64,000 bases of DNA from Monocercomonoides exilis PA203. Its lineage: Eukaryota > Protista > Preaxostyla. The stretch is from assembly GCA_001643675.2 (NCBI GenBank), contig LSRY02000001.1, positions 1,550,001-1,614,000 on the forward strand. Direction: 5' to 3'. The translations under genes and the position numbers were made by a program. How positions within the stretch are numbered: the stretch's first letter is position 1; each line of letters starts with the position of its first letter. Of the stretch, positions 27,162-40,700 are shown in pieces. The notes beneath the pieces were generated by a model. The model had not been told where the DNA came from, made no database searches, and saw only the letters and a program-made list of their open reading frames with translations.

Positions 27162-27367
27162 TGTGGAAAATTATTGCATTTCAAGTCATCCATTAACTTC
27201 TTTTTGTCCAACATTTCGTATTTCAATAAAAAAATTCAAAAACAAATATTTTTGATCTTTTTTGATCTGTTGATCAAAAATATTTGTTTTTGAATTTTTT
27301 TATTGAAATACGAAATGTTGGACAAAAAGAAGTTAATGGATGACTTGAAATGCAATAATTTTCCACA
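27162..27367. mobile_element. Fold-back MITE: perfect 96-bp arms, 14-bp spacer, TA flanks
   Basis: 27162-27257 is the reverse complement of 27272-27367. Confidence 0.88.
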
Positions 27368-27949
27368 TATGGGTGATTTTTTTTGATATCATAAAAAATT
27401 ACGAAGTTTGATCAAAAAATTATTTTATTAAGGGTTTGGTTAATGAGAAAATATTACTGTAAAAATTTGATAAAACATACGTTAAAATATTGTTATTATT
27501 AATTATTTGTTGATTTTAATTTGATTTTAATTGTTTTTATTACAAAATTTGAAGAAAACATAAAAAATTATTAGAAAATATCGATAATTCAATAAACAGA
27601 ACGATGCAAATGTTCACTGGTATTTTAAACGTGAAAACAATAATAACAATATGAAATCAATCAATTTTTTATTTAAAAAACTTGTTTTATGATGTTAATG
27701 CAAAGTAATTTATAAATTGACTATGAAGATCTTGAAACATTTATAGAAAACGAATAATTTTCATTAACACATATAGAGAAATATGATGGAAGCACATAAT
27801 ATTTGTCGAATAAACAATTGTTCATTGTTAATAATTGTATTTAAATTAATAATTCTTAAAATTAGTTATTTAAATTAATTGATCAAAGCTATTGAAAAAA
27901 ATTACAAAAGAAACAATATGATATTTAAGAATTTCTCATTCAGACACTT

Positions 27950-30900
27950 TTTAATCTTTCACAGAACGAAAATCTTCACTTGAACTTTTTCTTTTTCCCC
28001 TCTCTCAATTCTTCATCATCTTCCTCGTCTTTCATCCTTCATCCTGATACTGCCTCCTCAGTTGCTCGGCTTTTGCAGGCTGCTCTTTTTATATGCAGAC
28101 TCCACAAACACCTTTTTCACATACAACTGTGGAAGTGGTTGAAGTGCGTTTGTCTTATAACAACTGCGCCCTCTCCTTTTCATGTATATTGTGTCAGTTT
28201 CTGCATCCACTCCCTCTGAACTCAAATCCCTCTCAGTCTCGTTTTCTTTGCTCACTGTCGCTGCCCTCGATGTTGTCAGCCCACCCACACTGGCCTGAAA
28301 GACTGTCTCGAGGTTGGCGGCCACAAACATTAGAAATGTCTTCGCTTTGGGCTTTGCCAACATCACCAGCATCGTGCTGTCATGCAGCGGGACAGTTCTA
28401 GCGGGAAAGCTGAGAAGAGATGTGCTGAAGACTGTGCTGCCTAGGCGTGAGTGTTCACCAGTTGCGCGCATTGATTTGCATCCTCATCCAGTGCATCATC
28501 ACTTGCTCAACAAACAGCGACTGCCTCTTTCTCGACTGCTCCCACAAAGCTGTCGCATCTGTCAACCCCGTTTCCATCCTCGCTCTCCGCTAATCCTTGA
28601 ATAACGCCTTTGCTGGCAAGTGCATCTTTCTCCAGTGCTGCAGCATCCAAGCCCAAACAACGAGTTCCTCTTTTTCCTTCACTTTTTCCAACTCTCTCTC
28701 GTCACAGAAGCCTCCTTTTGCGACGCCATCTCCTCCCGTCCCGGCCTCAACTTCGATGTCGATCACAATCTCATCCTCTTCTTCTTCTACTGCGTCCAAC
28801 AGATATTCGTCGATAAAGCCACCAGATCGCCCGCTTGCCCATTAATCCTCTGCATCGACAACACTCGTCAATATCTTCTGGATCTCCTCCTTCTCTTTCG
28901 AAGCCCATATCTCTCTTTCCATATTCCGATTCTGGTTTATTTCCAGAAGTCTTGATCATGTTCATTTGAACACCATCAGGTGGCTTCCGTTGTGTTTCTC
29001 AATGACTGCACCATCCTTTAAGCCACCTCTCCTTCAATTGTTCCTTCGAATCCTCCCCTTTTTCTCCTTCCAACCAACGTGTCTGCTTCAACTCTAAGCT
29101 GCTTTGTGCCTGCAAAAACACCACTCACCTCTCCAACGCACCTGTTCATCACTTTCGCCTCTTTCCTTATGCTTCTTGTACTCTCACTGCTTACTCCCTT
29201 AATCTCTTCCACATCAACCTCTCAGTTCTCAAAGTTGCTTCAACTTTGCTTATGCTTGACGATGAATCAATAAGCATCTTTGAACATCTTTTAATAACAG
29301 TCCTCGCCATTGTTAGCAAAAGCATAGTTTTTCTTTATCTTTCTGGAATATAAATGTCAGAAATCTCCTTCATCATGATGCGCTTTATCTTTACTATCAT
29401 TTTTCTCGGCTAGCTCTGTCGAAGCATGCTCGAAGGCCACTTTCAACTCACCAACGACAGCCTCTCCATCCTGAATTACCCCTCCACCTTCCACAACAGC
29501 AACTGCTCTAACTTTTGTGTACTCCTCATTGCCTAACCCTGGAAAGGCTCCTGAATGCTCTTTCATTTACTCACATAGAAACGAAACGGTGGATATTCTT
29601 TCCTCCGCTTCGCCAATCAATTCCCTTCCATGATGATTGTTGCAATGCTCCAAAGAGCATATGAAAAAGAAGAAACGGACGGAATGGTTCTGACATTCAA
29701 CGAACTCTTCTTGCTTCATTGTCGCGTACTGTTACTGTTCGTCGACGTCTTCTCTTCAAACTTCTCTCCATTTCTTTTTAACTTTAACATTTATCAATAT
29801 CTTCATTTTTTTCTTTCAAATTTCCAATCATCATTTATTGACAAAACAAATTCTTCTTCTCTTTATCTTCATTCTCTTCATTCACTTATCATCTTCTTTT
29901 CATTTTTTTAAAAGAAGTTGATTTCTTCATAAATTCCATTCTTTTTAATTTCTGCTATTATCCATTATGAAGATGCAAAAAATGAAGAAATACGATTAGG
30001 AAAAGAAGAAAAAGTGATCGTAGTAGTAGAAGTGAAATAGAAAGAGGAAGAGGAAGAAGAGGAAGAAGAGGAAGAAGAGGAAGAAGAGGAAGAAGAGGAA
30101 GAAGGAGAAGTAGAAGAAGAAGAAGAAGCAGAGAATGAGGCATTAATTGTGCCAGCAGCAGCTGAGGCTGTTGAGAAAGCATCGACTGAACGGCTAGCTG
30201 TCTGCACACTCCGACGAGAATTCCGCAATGCGGCAGTGATCGCTCTTCTTTCCTCTCTTCTTTCTCATCTTCTGCTTTGTCTGCTGATATTCTCAACTTC
30301 TTCTTCTTCCAAACTTCTTTCTCTTTCTCCCTCATTTTCAATTTCAATATCGTCTCTTTCTTCTCTTTCGTTTGAACTTCCTTCATCATTATCGTTGTCA
30401 TTATCTTCTTCATTCTCTTCATTTTCAGCTTCTTCTGAATCCAGCGGTGTTGTATGCTTTCTATTTAAGCTGCTTTTGATGTCTGCAGGAATTAGTTCTG
30501 GAGGTGTTGGGGAAGCGATCGGGGCGATGAAGGGATTATTTTCTGAAGTTGCATTGTTTTGAGCAAAATTCGAAGGAGATAGCGGACTTGGGCTGAATAC
30601 GTGCTTTCTATCTGAATCTATGGAAGTTTCTCTTATATCACCTTCTTTGTTATTATCATCCACTTCTTTGTTACTTCCTTCTTCTTCTCCTTCCTCTTTC
30701 CTCTTCTTCGCATACGCCTCCCCTCCCATTCTTGTCATCTTCAGCACGATCCCAAAGATATCCATCTCCACCAGCTGCTTTCTAAAAGCCCTGCTAATCT
30801 CGCACACAACCGCCACAAAACTCAGCACATTCGCCAAGTTAATTCCCTCCATCGTCTCCAGCAGCTGCGGAACAACAGAAGAGAGCAAGATATGTGTGGA

Positions 30901-33900
30901 AGGCCAGGAGGGGAAACTGATTCTGATAGAAGACAAAGAATGTGCTATGCGTCTGTCTTGCTTGGCAAAGTGGGTTAAGGCGCGGGAGGCGTAGACGAGA
31001 GGAGGAGTTGAGCAGAGGCGGAGGTAGGCGTTGGGGCTGGTGGAGGAGAGGGAAGAGAGAGAGGTGAGGGAAGGGAACTTGGTGAAAAAGAGGGATATGA
31101 GAAGGCGGATGAAGCAGGTGCCGGAGTCGAAGTGAAGTTTTTAGTCGGAAGAGGAATATGAAGAGGGAGAGAAAAAGGGAGAGGAAGAAGAAGAATACAT
31201 TGCTTCCGTCGCATTTGCTGCTGATGTGATTCTTCCACTTCCACTCCCACCAGGAGAAGAAGACGGAGAAAAGAAAAACGACGCCCTTTCCTCCTGTTTC
31301 TGGTACAGCTGCAGCGCAATCCTGTCTTCCATCACATCTTCTGCTCCAAATCCCAGTTCAGCAAAGGCCGAAATGCTAGCAACAGCCAAAGAGACTGTGC
31401 GTGGTGTGTGTGTGAGCGGGTTGATCAGCTTCAGCATCGACTCGAACGTGAACGAGTACATCTTCACTGCCAGCATTTCGCAGGGGCAGCCAAACCGCAC
31501 TCCATTATATTCCCTCCTTCTTGTGATTGAAGTGATAGCGCTGTCAGCGTCAGGCCGGTTGTGTATCGTGCCCAGCATCACCACGAAGAACTGCAGGGCG
31601 CCAAAGATAAGCTCATCTGGAACTGATCTCAGCCCTGCAGACGCCCACTCGATGGCTCTAAGGGAATCCAGCGACAGACGCTCGCTTTCTCATCTCTTCG
31701 CTGCCTCCAACAGGATCTGCAGGACGATTGTCTGAAGAGCTGTGTTTGGGATACCAATAAAAGGAGCATGCGAGGCATTGCAACTGAAATGTGCTCAAAG
31801 CTGACAGCAGACGATGCAAACAGCGCGACAAGCGAGGCGGAGAGGGAGCGGTCGACCTCGCAGTACCTCTTCATCTGCTCTGCATTCAGTAGCTCAGGAA
31901 AGATCGGGTTCCACAAGTCGAAGTACTTTGAGGGCGGGTGAGTTTCAGCCAGGCGGTTGAGGGCGAGCAAAGCAGCGTGCTGGACAGTGGGGGAACTGAT
32001 GCGCAGGCATTCTTTTGCCCATTTGGCTCCTGTGATGTCAGGGTCGTCGATGCTGTCGCCGCCGCTGAAGAAAGAGGCGAGGACGTCTGTGGTAGCAGAG
32101 CTGAGGTGGCTGTTGCTGTTCCCACAGAATGTGCAGATGAGGAAGAGGCAGCTGCGCACGTGGAGGGTCACAAACTGTTTTAATCTTTCTCTTTCTGACA
32201 GGATCATCTTTCGCACACGCGCGGGGGAGGCGGCGGGGGAAATAGAGAGGAGACAGAAGGAGCAGGAAACGAGTGAATTTGAGTGCCTGGTGTGAGAAGA
32301 GAAGATGGCGACACAATAAAAAGTGCAGAACACCCAAGTGAATAGGATAAGTTGGAGTGATAAATCCACCTTCGCTCTGCGTCTGAGAGACGGGAATCAA
32401 GTTCGTTCAATGCCAGACGCTGCAGAAGAGCTGCTTCTGAGTCTTCGGCTGTGCCAAATTCTTTCATTGAATCACCTTCTATTTAAAGGAGAAGAAGAAG
32501 AAGATGATGATGATAAAGGTGTTATTTCTGTTATTGAAGAAGAAGGAGGAGGAGGTGAAGAAGAAGAAGAAGAAGAAGATTATGAATTAGATTGTAGCTG
32601 TGAGATAAGCAGAGCAAGAAGGACAGTTGCAGGTGTAGTTGATAGAGCATCCTTTAACAAATGAGAAAGAATTCGAGAAAGTTGACTTCTCATCGTCGAA
32701 TTCATAGGAATTGTTCCTGATGGATGGGAGAAAAGAAAAAGAAGGAGATGTTCGTTTTCCACTCTGAAGTGGATGAGAATGAGTCGAAGGAAAAGGGAGG
32801 GAAACTGAGGATGGAGAATTTATTGATGTGAATGACGGAGAAGAGGGAGAAGGAGAAGGAGATTGCGAAAGCAAAAAGAGAGGAAACTGAGAGGAGGTTA
32901 CGCTTATCTGAAGCTGATGTGGAAGAATTGCTGAGAATTGGTCAATCTTCATCCAACAGGGAAGTTCTCCTCTTCTTCCACTTGCTGTTCCTTATGCATT
33001 TATCGCATGCCAACAGAAGTTGTATTAGCTTCATCAGCAGCAGAATTTGAAGATCCACTCAGGTCCAGTGCATCTATTGTTATATTCGATGCCAATGAAG
33101 TTGACTGAGACTCAGATGTTTGCTGAGAAGATGCAAAAGAGGAAGGTGTGACTTGTTGTGTGAATGAAGCAGCAACGGCCTTTAACCGCTGAATGAGAAA
33201 GGAAGAAATGGACATCGAAGGAGAAGAAGAATGTTTCTGGTTTTGGTGCATCTCGAATATGGCTGATATTTTGTGGAACAAGTTCTTCTTCACCATTAGC
33301 AAGAGAGCAGCGATAACAATAGCATTGAGTACAGCGCGCGTGGCCAGTGAACGAAGCAGCAGGCGATTGGACTACGCGGCAGAAGGGCCGAGAAGTTGCA
33401 TGGAGTACGAGATGATGGAAGGTGATGTACTGGAAGATGACATGGACTGAGAAATGGAAATAGAAGCGACACAAAATGTAAATAGAGAAGGAAATGAGAA
33501 CACGAAGATGAAGTGAAAGATGCTGAAAGCAGCTTTGAAGGCAGAGTGCGGACGATTGAAGTGAGCAAATGAAAAAGCGGGAGAGGGAACATGTTGACAA
33601 GAGGCACACATGAAAACTTGAGAGAAAAAGGCAGAATCGAAGGCTGCTCTTCTTTATGTGGCTATTCAACGCGCAGCGGAGCAACATTGTGTGTGTTGAA
33701 TCTGTCAGTTCGAATAGAGTTTCTCCGATGGATGTGACGCATGTTATTCTCGACGGAGAAACAAAAAATGCATTTTCGGTTGCAGACTGCAATATTAACT
33801 TGTCTTTGATTAAGACAGACGAAGCAAACAGAAACGGGTCTACAAATAATCGTGTTGACGGCAAATGTTTTATTGTCAATTGTGTTAAAAGAGAAGCCAT

Positions 33901-36500
33901 TATCATTCTTTCTATTGATCTTATTCTGCACATCAGACACAGTGCCAAATGTTTTTCTCTCTTCGCAGAACAGCTCAACTGTCTCTTGCCTCGTCCCCTC
34001 CTTCAACAGCTGCCCTTCTTTCTCCTCTCCACACATTCATCTCCTTTCTCATATTCATAATCATTTGTGCATCTCTCACAGTATCTTCTCCTCCAAAGCT
34101 GAACAGCCTCGTTCCACACAACAGGCTCAGAAACGAGTTCGCATCATTCGCCAATATTCCTCCTGTTGCCCCAGCATGCGATGAAGGAATGGTTGTGGGC
34201 TTTGGAAGCTGAGGCGACCCAAGCTGGTTAAAAAAATGGAACAGCGCCTCTCCGTGTGAATGAAGCAAAACAGCACCTTCTTTCTCCCCAACCTGCTGCG
34301 TCAATCGCACAAACAGCTTCTTCAGCCCTGCATTCTATCTGTATTTACTCTCACACGGAGTGACATTCCCAAAATCATCCACTCCTCCTTCTCCTCCTCC
34401 GTCTTCTCCATTTGCATTGGCATGCCTGTCTGGCCAGAAAAACTCTCTCATAAAGAAGCCGTCGCAAACATGTTTACCGCAGCTGCTCAGAGGTGTGCCT
34501 GCGTTGCTCTGCCGAGTGATGCTCTGATGGCAGATAAGACAAGATGTCTTCGTGACACAGAAACAGCCACCAAGATGTGGCTGCTGTGTCTTCTGGCGGG
34601 TACTGCCTGTCTTTTCTGCTGCCTTCTGAGCCAATTGTGTTCTCGTCGTCTTCTTTCTCTCCATTTTCCTTTGTGGACTTGGCTGAAGTAAAGGCAAACT
34701 GCGGAGGGGTCGAACTGAGCTCTCCGCTGGAGATGGTTGAGGTGTGTGAGAAAGTGACATGCGACTTCTTCTGATTGCTCTTAATGTGTACAGATGAAAG
34801 CGTCTTTCGCTGCTTGCGAGAGAAGCGCAGGGAAAGGAGTGTATTTGGGTCTACTTTTCTTTCTGCTGCCTTGTCTGTTTTATTGGCATTTGATGCGTCT
34901 GAAGATCGTGTTATATCCAAACTGTCTTCATCATCACTAACGTCACTATCATCGCTATCGTCGTTGTCATCATCTTCACTGTCTTCTTCTGCTTCTTCAG
35001 TGTCTGCTGCACCTGCTCCATTCACTCACTCTTTCCTCTCTTCATTCCGCTTCAAATAATTCGCATTCTTCCCTTTGCCTCTCAGCCACATCTTTCTTTT
35101 TGGCGTCTTTTCCTTTCTTTCCTCTTCCTGAACAACATTAGTCGGAAGCAGAAGGTCGGTTGGCTTGATTGTTGGGATGATCTTTCCATATGTCAGTTTC
35201 TGAGTGTTCTTCTTCAGCTTCGTAACTGCCTCCTTCTTCTGCCTCTCCTTCATCTCAGCTTCATTAAATGTTGCTTCGACTGAGCTGTTTTCTCTCATTT
35301 TTGCCGAGTTGCATGTGTTCGAGGTGTCATATTCAAAAACAGATCTGCTCTTTTTCGGTGTCTACCGGCTGGCTTGTGTGCTAGTCAAAAAAAATCTTCA
35401 CACTAAGGATCCTGTCTAACTCCACGTTTTCTTCTTTTTCCTCTTCCTCATCATCATCATCATCCACTTCCTCGTCATATTCATTCCCATCAGTGTTTCA
35501 TTCACTTCTTCCACTTGTCTCACGAGTGTCAGATTCAGAAGAGTCAAATGTTAGGCTGCCTTCTGCCACACAAAGCAGCTCCAACTTTTTCGAAAGAAGC
35601 TCACTCAGGACAGCTTATGAACCCATCGTCGGACTTGTCTTTGATCGAAATACTTTTCCTTTTGCTTTTCCTTTCCCTTTCACATTCGCTTTGCTCCTCT
35701 TTGCCTTCCAAACTCCAATTCATCTGATGGAAGCTCTTTAAACACATAAATTATTCTTCCCTTCTCTTTCTCTTTCTCCTTTTCCTTTTCTCTCTCCTTC
35801 TCCTTCTCCTTCTCCTTCTCTTTGTTTCCAAGCTTCCTCTTACTCTCCAATGCCGTAGCAGCTGACTCCGAACACCTCGCATTCTGCGCTGTCGCATATG
35901 CATTTGTTCATCCTTCGCTCTTCTTCCCCTGCTGACTCAACCCCATCGCAGTCATCATCTTCTTCTTCCGCATCTTCTGTGGTCTTCCTCTTGAAATAGC
36001 CAGCGGTACTTGTTCCATCCCTACACGTAATAGCTTCTTCTTCTTGCTGTTATTATTGTTATTGCTGTTATTATTGCTGCTTCCACCCATCTTGTTTGCC
36101 AGTCCCAGCACTTCTGATTTGAACTCGGGTGGAGCAATCCTTGAGCCTGTGTGTGTCTTCATGCAGACTGTCCGCTTGAAGGCAGCAAGCGCTTTTCTCC
36201 CTCTGCTTCGTTTGAGTGCTCTTCCGAATGCAGTTGATGGCATGCTCAGCAGTGAAACAGAACAAGAAGAGGATGATGAAGAGGGATTCTTGGTTTGATC
36301 ACTTGAAATCGGGAAAGATGCAGCTGGAAAACCAACATTCAATGAGGCAGAAGAAGAAGAAAATAAAAGACTTGGAAATAAAATTAAAATTAAAAAATAA
36401 ATAAACAAACAAAATGCCTTGAAGGACAAACATAGAATAATTTGCTTCTCTCCATAAGAAACGGGAAACAACATAATTCAACTATGACTTCAGTCGAGAA
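27950..36500 (-). pseudogene. Mosaic of decayed host-like coding sequence, partly ARM/HEAT-like
   Basis: Coding-like composition with Ser/Glu-rich tracts, broken by TGA/TAG/TAA stops (e.g. 35026-35028, 34335-34337) and frameshifts; helical-repeat-like segments at about 30.3-32.3 kb. Confidence 0.65.
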
Positions 36501-36599
36501 AGAGCCACAGAATCTCCACAAAGAAAAGCGAAAGAAATATTCAAAAATGTATAATTGAATCTTTGGCAAATTAAGAAAAATTCCGAAAATTAAGTATCA

Positions 36600-36795
36600 A
36601 CACGAAATTTCAAACATTTTTCTTCATTGAAATCCCATTTCAATTTTCAATTTTTTTATTGATCTGCAATTTGCAGAAATGCTTTTTTTATACACCTAGA
36701 TAATATTTATATGTTGTCGAAGTGTTTCATGAGGTCCATAACCATTTCTGCAAATTTCCACGTTATAAAAAAGTTTTCATGATCATTGAGATCTT
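36600..36795. repeat. Inner diverged inverted repeat, left copy (partner 42115-42305)
   Basis: Blocks CCCATTTCAA...TTGATCTGCAATTTGCAGAAATG and ATTTCTGCAAATTTCCA...TGATCA recur reverse-complemented at 42115-42305. Confidence 0.75.
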
Positions 36796-37578
36796 TTTTT
36801 AATGCAAAAAATTTTTTGTTGATCTGTTTGTAAAAATTCATTTCTTTTAAATAAATATATATTGCTTTTAACGTTAATTTTAGTAATACGGAAAAAACTG
36901 AAATTGATTTCAAGGAGAAAATGATTGTATATTCGAATTTGAGTTTTCTTCAAAATGGAAAAAATATCAGTGAAATGAAAAAAAAAATGCGTTAAAAAAT
37001 AACAATTGTTCAACAATCAAAATGACATAAATAAACAAAAAGAACTTCCTGATATCAAACATAATAAAATTGAAAACTGTTAGAAATTTTCAAATCAGAT
37101 TCAATAACTTTCAAAATAACACAATTCTGTAACATCATCATAAAACAATCACCAAATATCAACTAAATATCAACAATTTTGAACAATGAAAAACATAAGA
37201 AGAAATAGCACGATTTCAACAAATTCATGGTTTCAAAGACAATTCCTAACAAAAAAGAATACTTATATAAAAAGTTCAAAAACTAACTTGTCTATTTTCA
37301 CACTATTTTCTATCCACTCTTCCCTTTCTGATATTTCTCTAACTTTGACTCTAAAAGATCAAATCCAACAAAGAAAAAAGACAGACACAATGATAAAACA
37401 ACATTTCACACTCTCAACAACTCTCTCTTCCAAAAACCTCACCCAAAGATCAATGAATTCCTTCACAACTCTCTCTATTAATGAATCTCGATATATACAA
37501 TAATTGTAGGGACAATAACCAATTTAATTATAGGGACATTATAGGGACAAAAACCACAAGAAAACAATCGGATTCTAA

Positions 37579-37708
37579 CTGTTGTGCACCTGGGAGGCTG
37601 TTCGTCGTATCCAGGTCCGGATAAAGCAGCCAGAAGGCTGCAATATCTAATACGAACAGTCATGTCCAGCACCCTTCCGATAGAGTGCCAGCTAAGCATA
37701 CACAACAA
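37579..37708 (-). ncRNA. Candidate structured RNA element directly 3' of the USP-transposase stop codon
   Basis: GC-richer 130-nt island with five nested stems; most wobble pairs favour the minus strand. Confidence 0.45.
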
Positions 37709-37716
37709 CAAGTTTC

Positions 37717-40700
37717 TTAATAGGGGACACCAAAAGAACAATTTTGAGATTCACAAATAGAAGAAGAGTCAAGAAGAAGCTCAAATCTCCTTGAAAGAAG
37801 ATTTTGAGAAGATTGAGAAAGAAGAGAAGAGTTTGATGATGTGAAATCAGAGTTGAAGGTCTTTCTTGAACGTTGAATTTTTTCTTTCATTGTCGAAGAT
37901 TCGAGGGCAACCAGAGAGCGTTGAGGAAGATATCCAACAGCTGAAGCACAGACAAATGAGCCTTTGCGCTCAAAATACAAGTAGTCCTTCATGTGAGGGA
38001 CTGACAGAGATGGCCATGAAATTTGCTGAGATGGTACATATTCTTCAAAGTACCTCTCATGCTCAAAGTTATTGACAGATGTTGAAGATGGTGAAGAGTT
38101 TGATGATGATGTTGAGAAAATGTTTGATTGTGAAGTTGAAGAAGCTGATGTTGAAGTGTTCATATTGTTTTCAAAGAAGTTGATCAAGTCATGAAGTGTA
38201 GTGATATGTTCAGTCGAAAGATTGTTGTCGATTGCATACACTAACGCACCAAATTCACTATCACAGATATTTTTTCCATGATGCTCAGCGAAGAAGTTGA
38301 GTTGAGTATTTTTCTTTTTAAGAAGTTTCGATTGTTTGGAGAGGATGAAATGAAGAAGGAAGCGATTTCGGTTGTGTGGGCCCGAATCGCAGAAGAACTT
38401 AAAAGTGTGAGTGTCTGAGAAGAAGTGTCTTTTGATCACAGATTCCAGACACTCAATAACAAATCTGTGATCATTTGAGAGGCAGTCGGAGAAGAAGTTG
38501 AAAGTTCTTTTTATTTGTTGATTATTAATTTTTTGAAGTGAAATAACAGTGAACTGAGATACTTGTTGATAATTAAAGAATTCTTGTTGAAGTTGGTTCT
38601 TTCTGATGGGGAGTTTCCATTTCTCTTTGAAGTCGAAGACGAAGACTGCTTCTCCCTCTTTCAAATTGTCGACAGTTGATTGATAGTGTTTTCGTTGCAT
38701 TTCTGCAACAAGTCGATGTTGACGAAGTAGTTTCAGAGTGTGAAACTCGGCAGAAGAAAGTCCATTTTTGTTTTGAGAAGATTTAAGTTTGTTCTCGAGA
38801 TAGTCCAACTTCTCACACATGCCGCAGAGATCCGTTCGTCTTTTCGCTTTGGAGAAGTTTGTTGTCAGTTTGTAGAAATGGGAAAGAGAAACTTTGATAT
38901 TTGTTTCTTCTGTAAACTCTTTCCATAATTTTGTCTTGGGCTTGAAGATTAATCTTTTCTCATTGGGGGAAAAGATGCCGGTTTTCTTTCTTCTTTCTTT
39001 TAGTGCTTCCAATCCATATGAAGATGTGATTGATGAAGAAAGTGGAGGAATGAAAGTTGAACGATGAGGTGGAGTGATGAATGGAGACGATGATGATGAT
39101 GTTGTTGTTGTTGATGTGTTATTTAAAGTGTTGTTATCAGATGTTTCTGAAGAAGAGGAGGAACCACCAAATTGAATAGTTGAAAATGTTGGTTTTGTTT
39201 TTTCTTTGGCATAGAATGAGAGTGATGGAGTGTAACCTTGTGCGTAAAGATCCTTCCATGCCTTTGTCCAATTTTCGATGTTCAGTTCTGTCACATCAGC
39301 ATCGTTGCAAATATTCCATGAGACATCGTTTCCTCTATTTCTTTTGATGACAGCGATATAATGGCCACTTCTTTGATCCAATTGTTTATGAAGAATCTGC
39401 CCAACAAAATGATAAAAATACACTTCTTTATTGTTCTCCAGGAGATGAGGAAAATTATTATTTGAAAACCCTTTGCAAAACGAGCGCTGATTCACTCTAT
39501 CGGTCTCCATGACGAAGGTTTTTGTAGGTGCAGAGCAAGCAGTTTCAGTGCATTCGTGACAGAGGGCTAGCACCTCTGGAAATGCAGCCATTTCCTCCCA
39601 TCGAGCAGCACAGCATTTATCTTTACATTCATCGCAATAAACGTTATTCTTTCCATCCAATATTTCTGTTGCAAAAAGTGAAGATAAACCTTTGTGAGGT
39701 GATGATGTATTGATGACAATATTGCAACAAGCTTCGTTGAAATGTGATGAAATTTTTTGACATTTTTGACATTTGAGATGAGTGATAAGAACAGGATTAA
39801 AAGTATCCTTTTCAATCATTCTATCGTTTTGAAGAAGTTGATGAAGATTGTCAAATGCTTCTATCACATTCTGTTGCTGCCTGCTGCTGTATCCGCAAAA
39901 TGTTTCCCATTTGTTGATCAGTGATGGGACCCACGAACGCACTGATGAACCATCTTTGGCAAGTTGCTGACAAACATTCAAAACACGAGAAGACATTGTT
40001 TTTATTGCTGTTTGCTTTTTAAAAAAGAATGGTTTTTGAGATGTTATCGAAGAGAAGCATTGAAGAAGAGATGCAAGATAGCATGTGTTTCCTAAATTGA
40101 TTAATCCTTTTATTGATGTTGATGAAGAAGAATTTGATGATATTATTTTTGAAGAGGTCGATGAAGAAGGAGAAGAATTTGAATGAGGAAAATCTGTTTG
40201 ATTGTTATTCATCGTGATCTGTGCAGTATTATCATGATGTGAAATAACATTCTCATCGGCTGGTGTGTTATGTTGAGACGAATAAGTGTTGTTCTCTTTT
40301 GAAAACGATGAAAAAAGGTTTTGAAATGCTTGTGGTGGAATAAGAGTCGGTGAAGTGGCATATTCAATTAATTGATCACTCACCCACACGTCATTGTTGC
40401 TGAAGGAAGAAGTGTTTGTTGTTGCATTTTGTTGCTTTTTGGAAGATGAGGAGGACGAGGAGGAGGATGATGATGAGGAGGAGGAGGATGAAGAGGATGA
40501 TGAGGAGGAGGATGAGGAGGATGAGGAGGATGAGGAGGATGAGGAATATGAGGAAGATGTTGATGATTTTTTTGTTTTGAAGAATTTGTAAATTGGAATT
40601 GGAGAAGGTGACGAATGACGTTTGTGTGGGCTTTTATTTGTTTTTCTTTTTGTTGAACCCTTTTCTCTCCTAATTGGAGTGCTGATTGGGGCATCAACGG

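Noticed and set aside
37611-37632. CAGGTCCGGATAAAGCAGCC resembles the bacterial SRP RNA helix-8 motif
   Set aside because: The tetraloop-closing stem cannot form, these bases pair in other hairpins, and most wobble pairs favour the opposite strand.
37570-37708. tRNA gene
   Set aside because: A/B-box-like words are present, but there is no acceptor stem or T-stem pairing.
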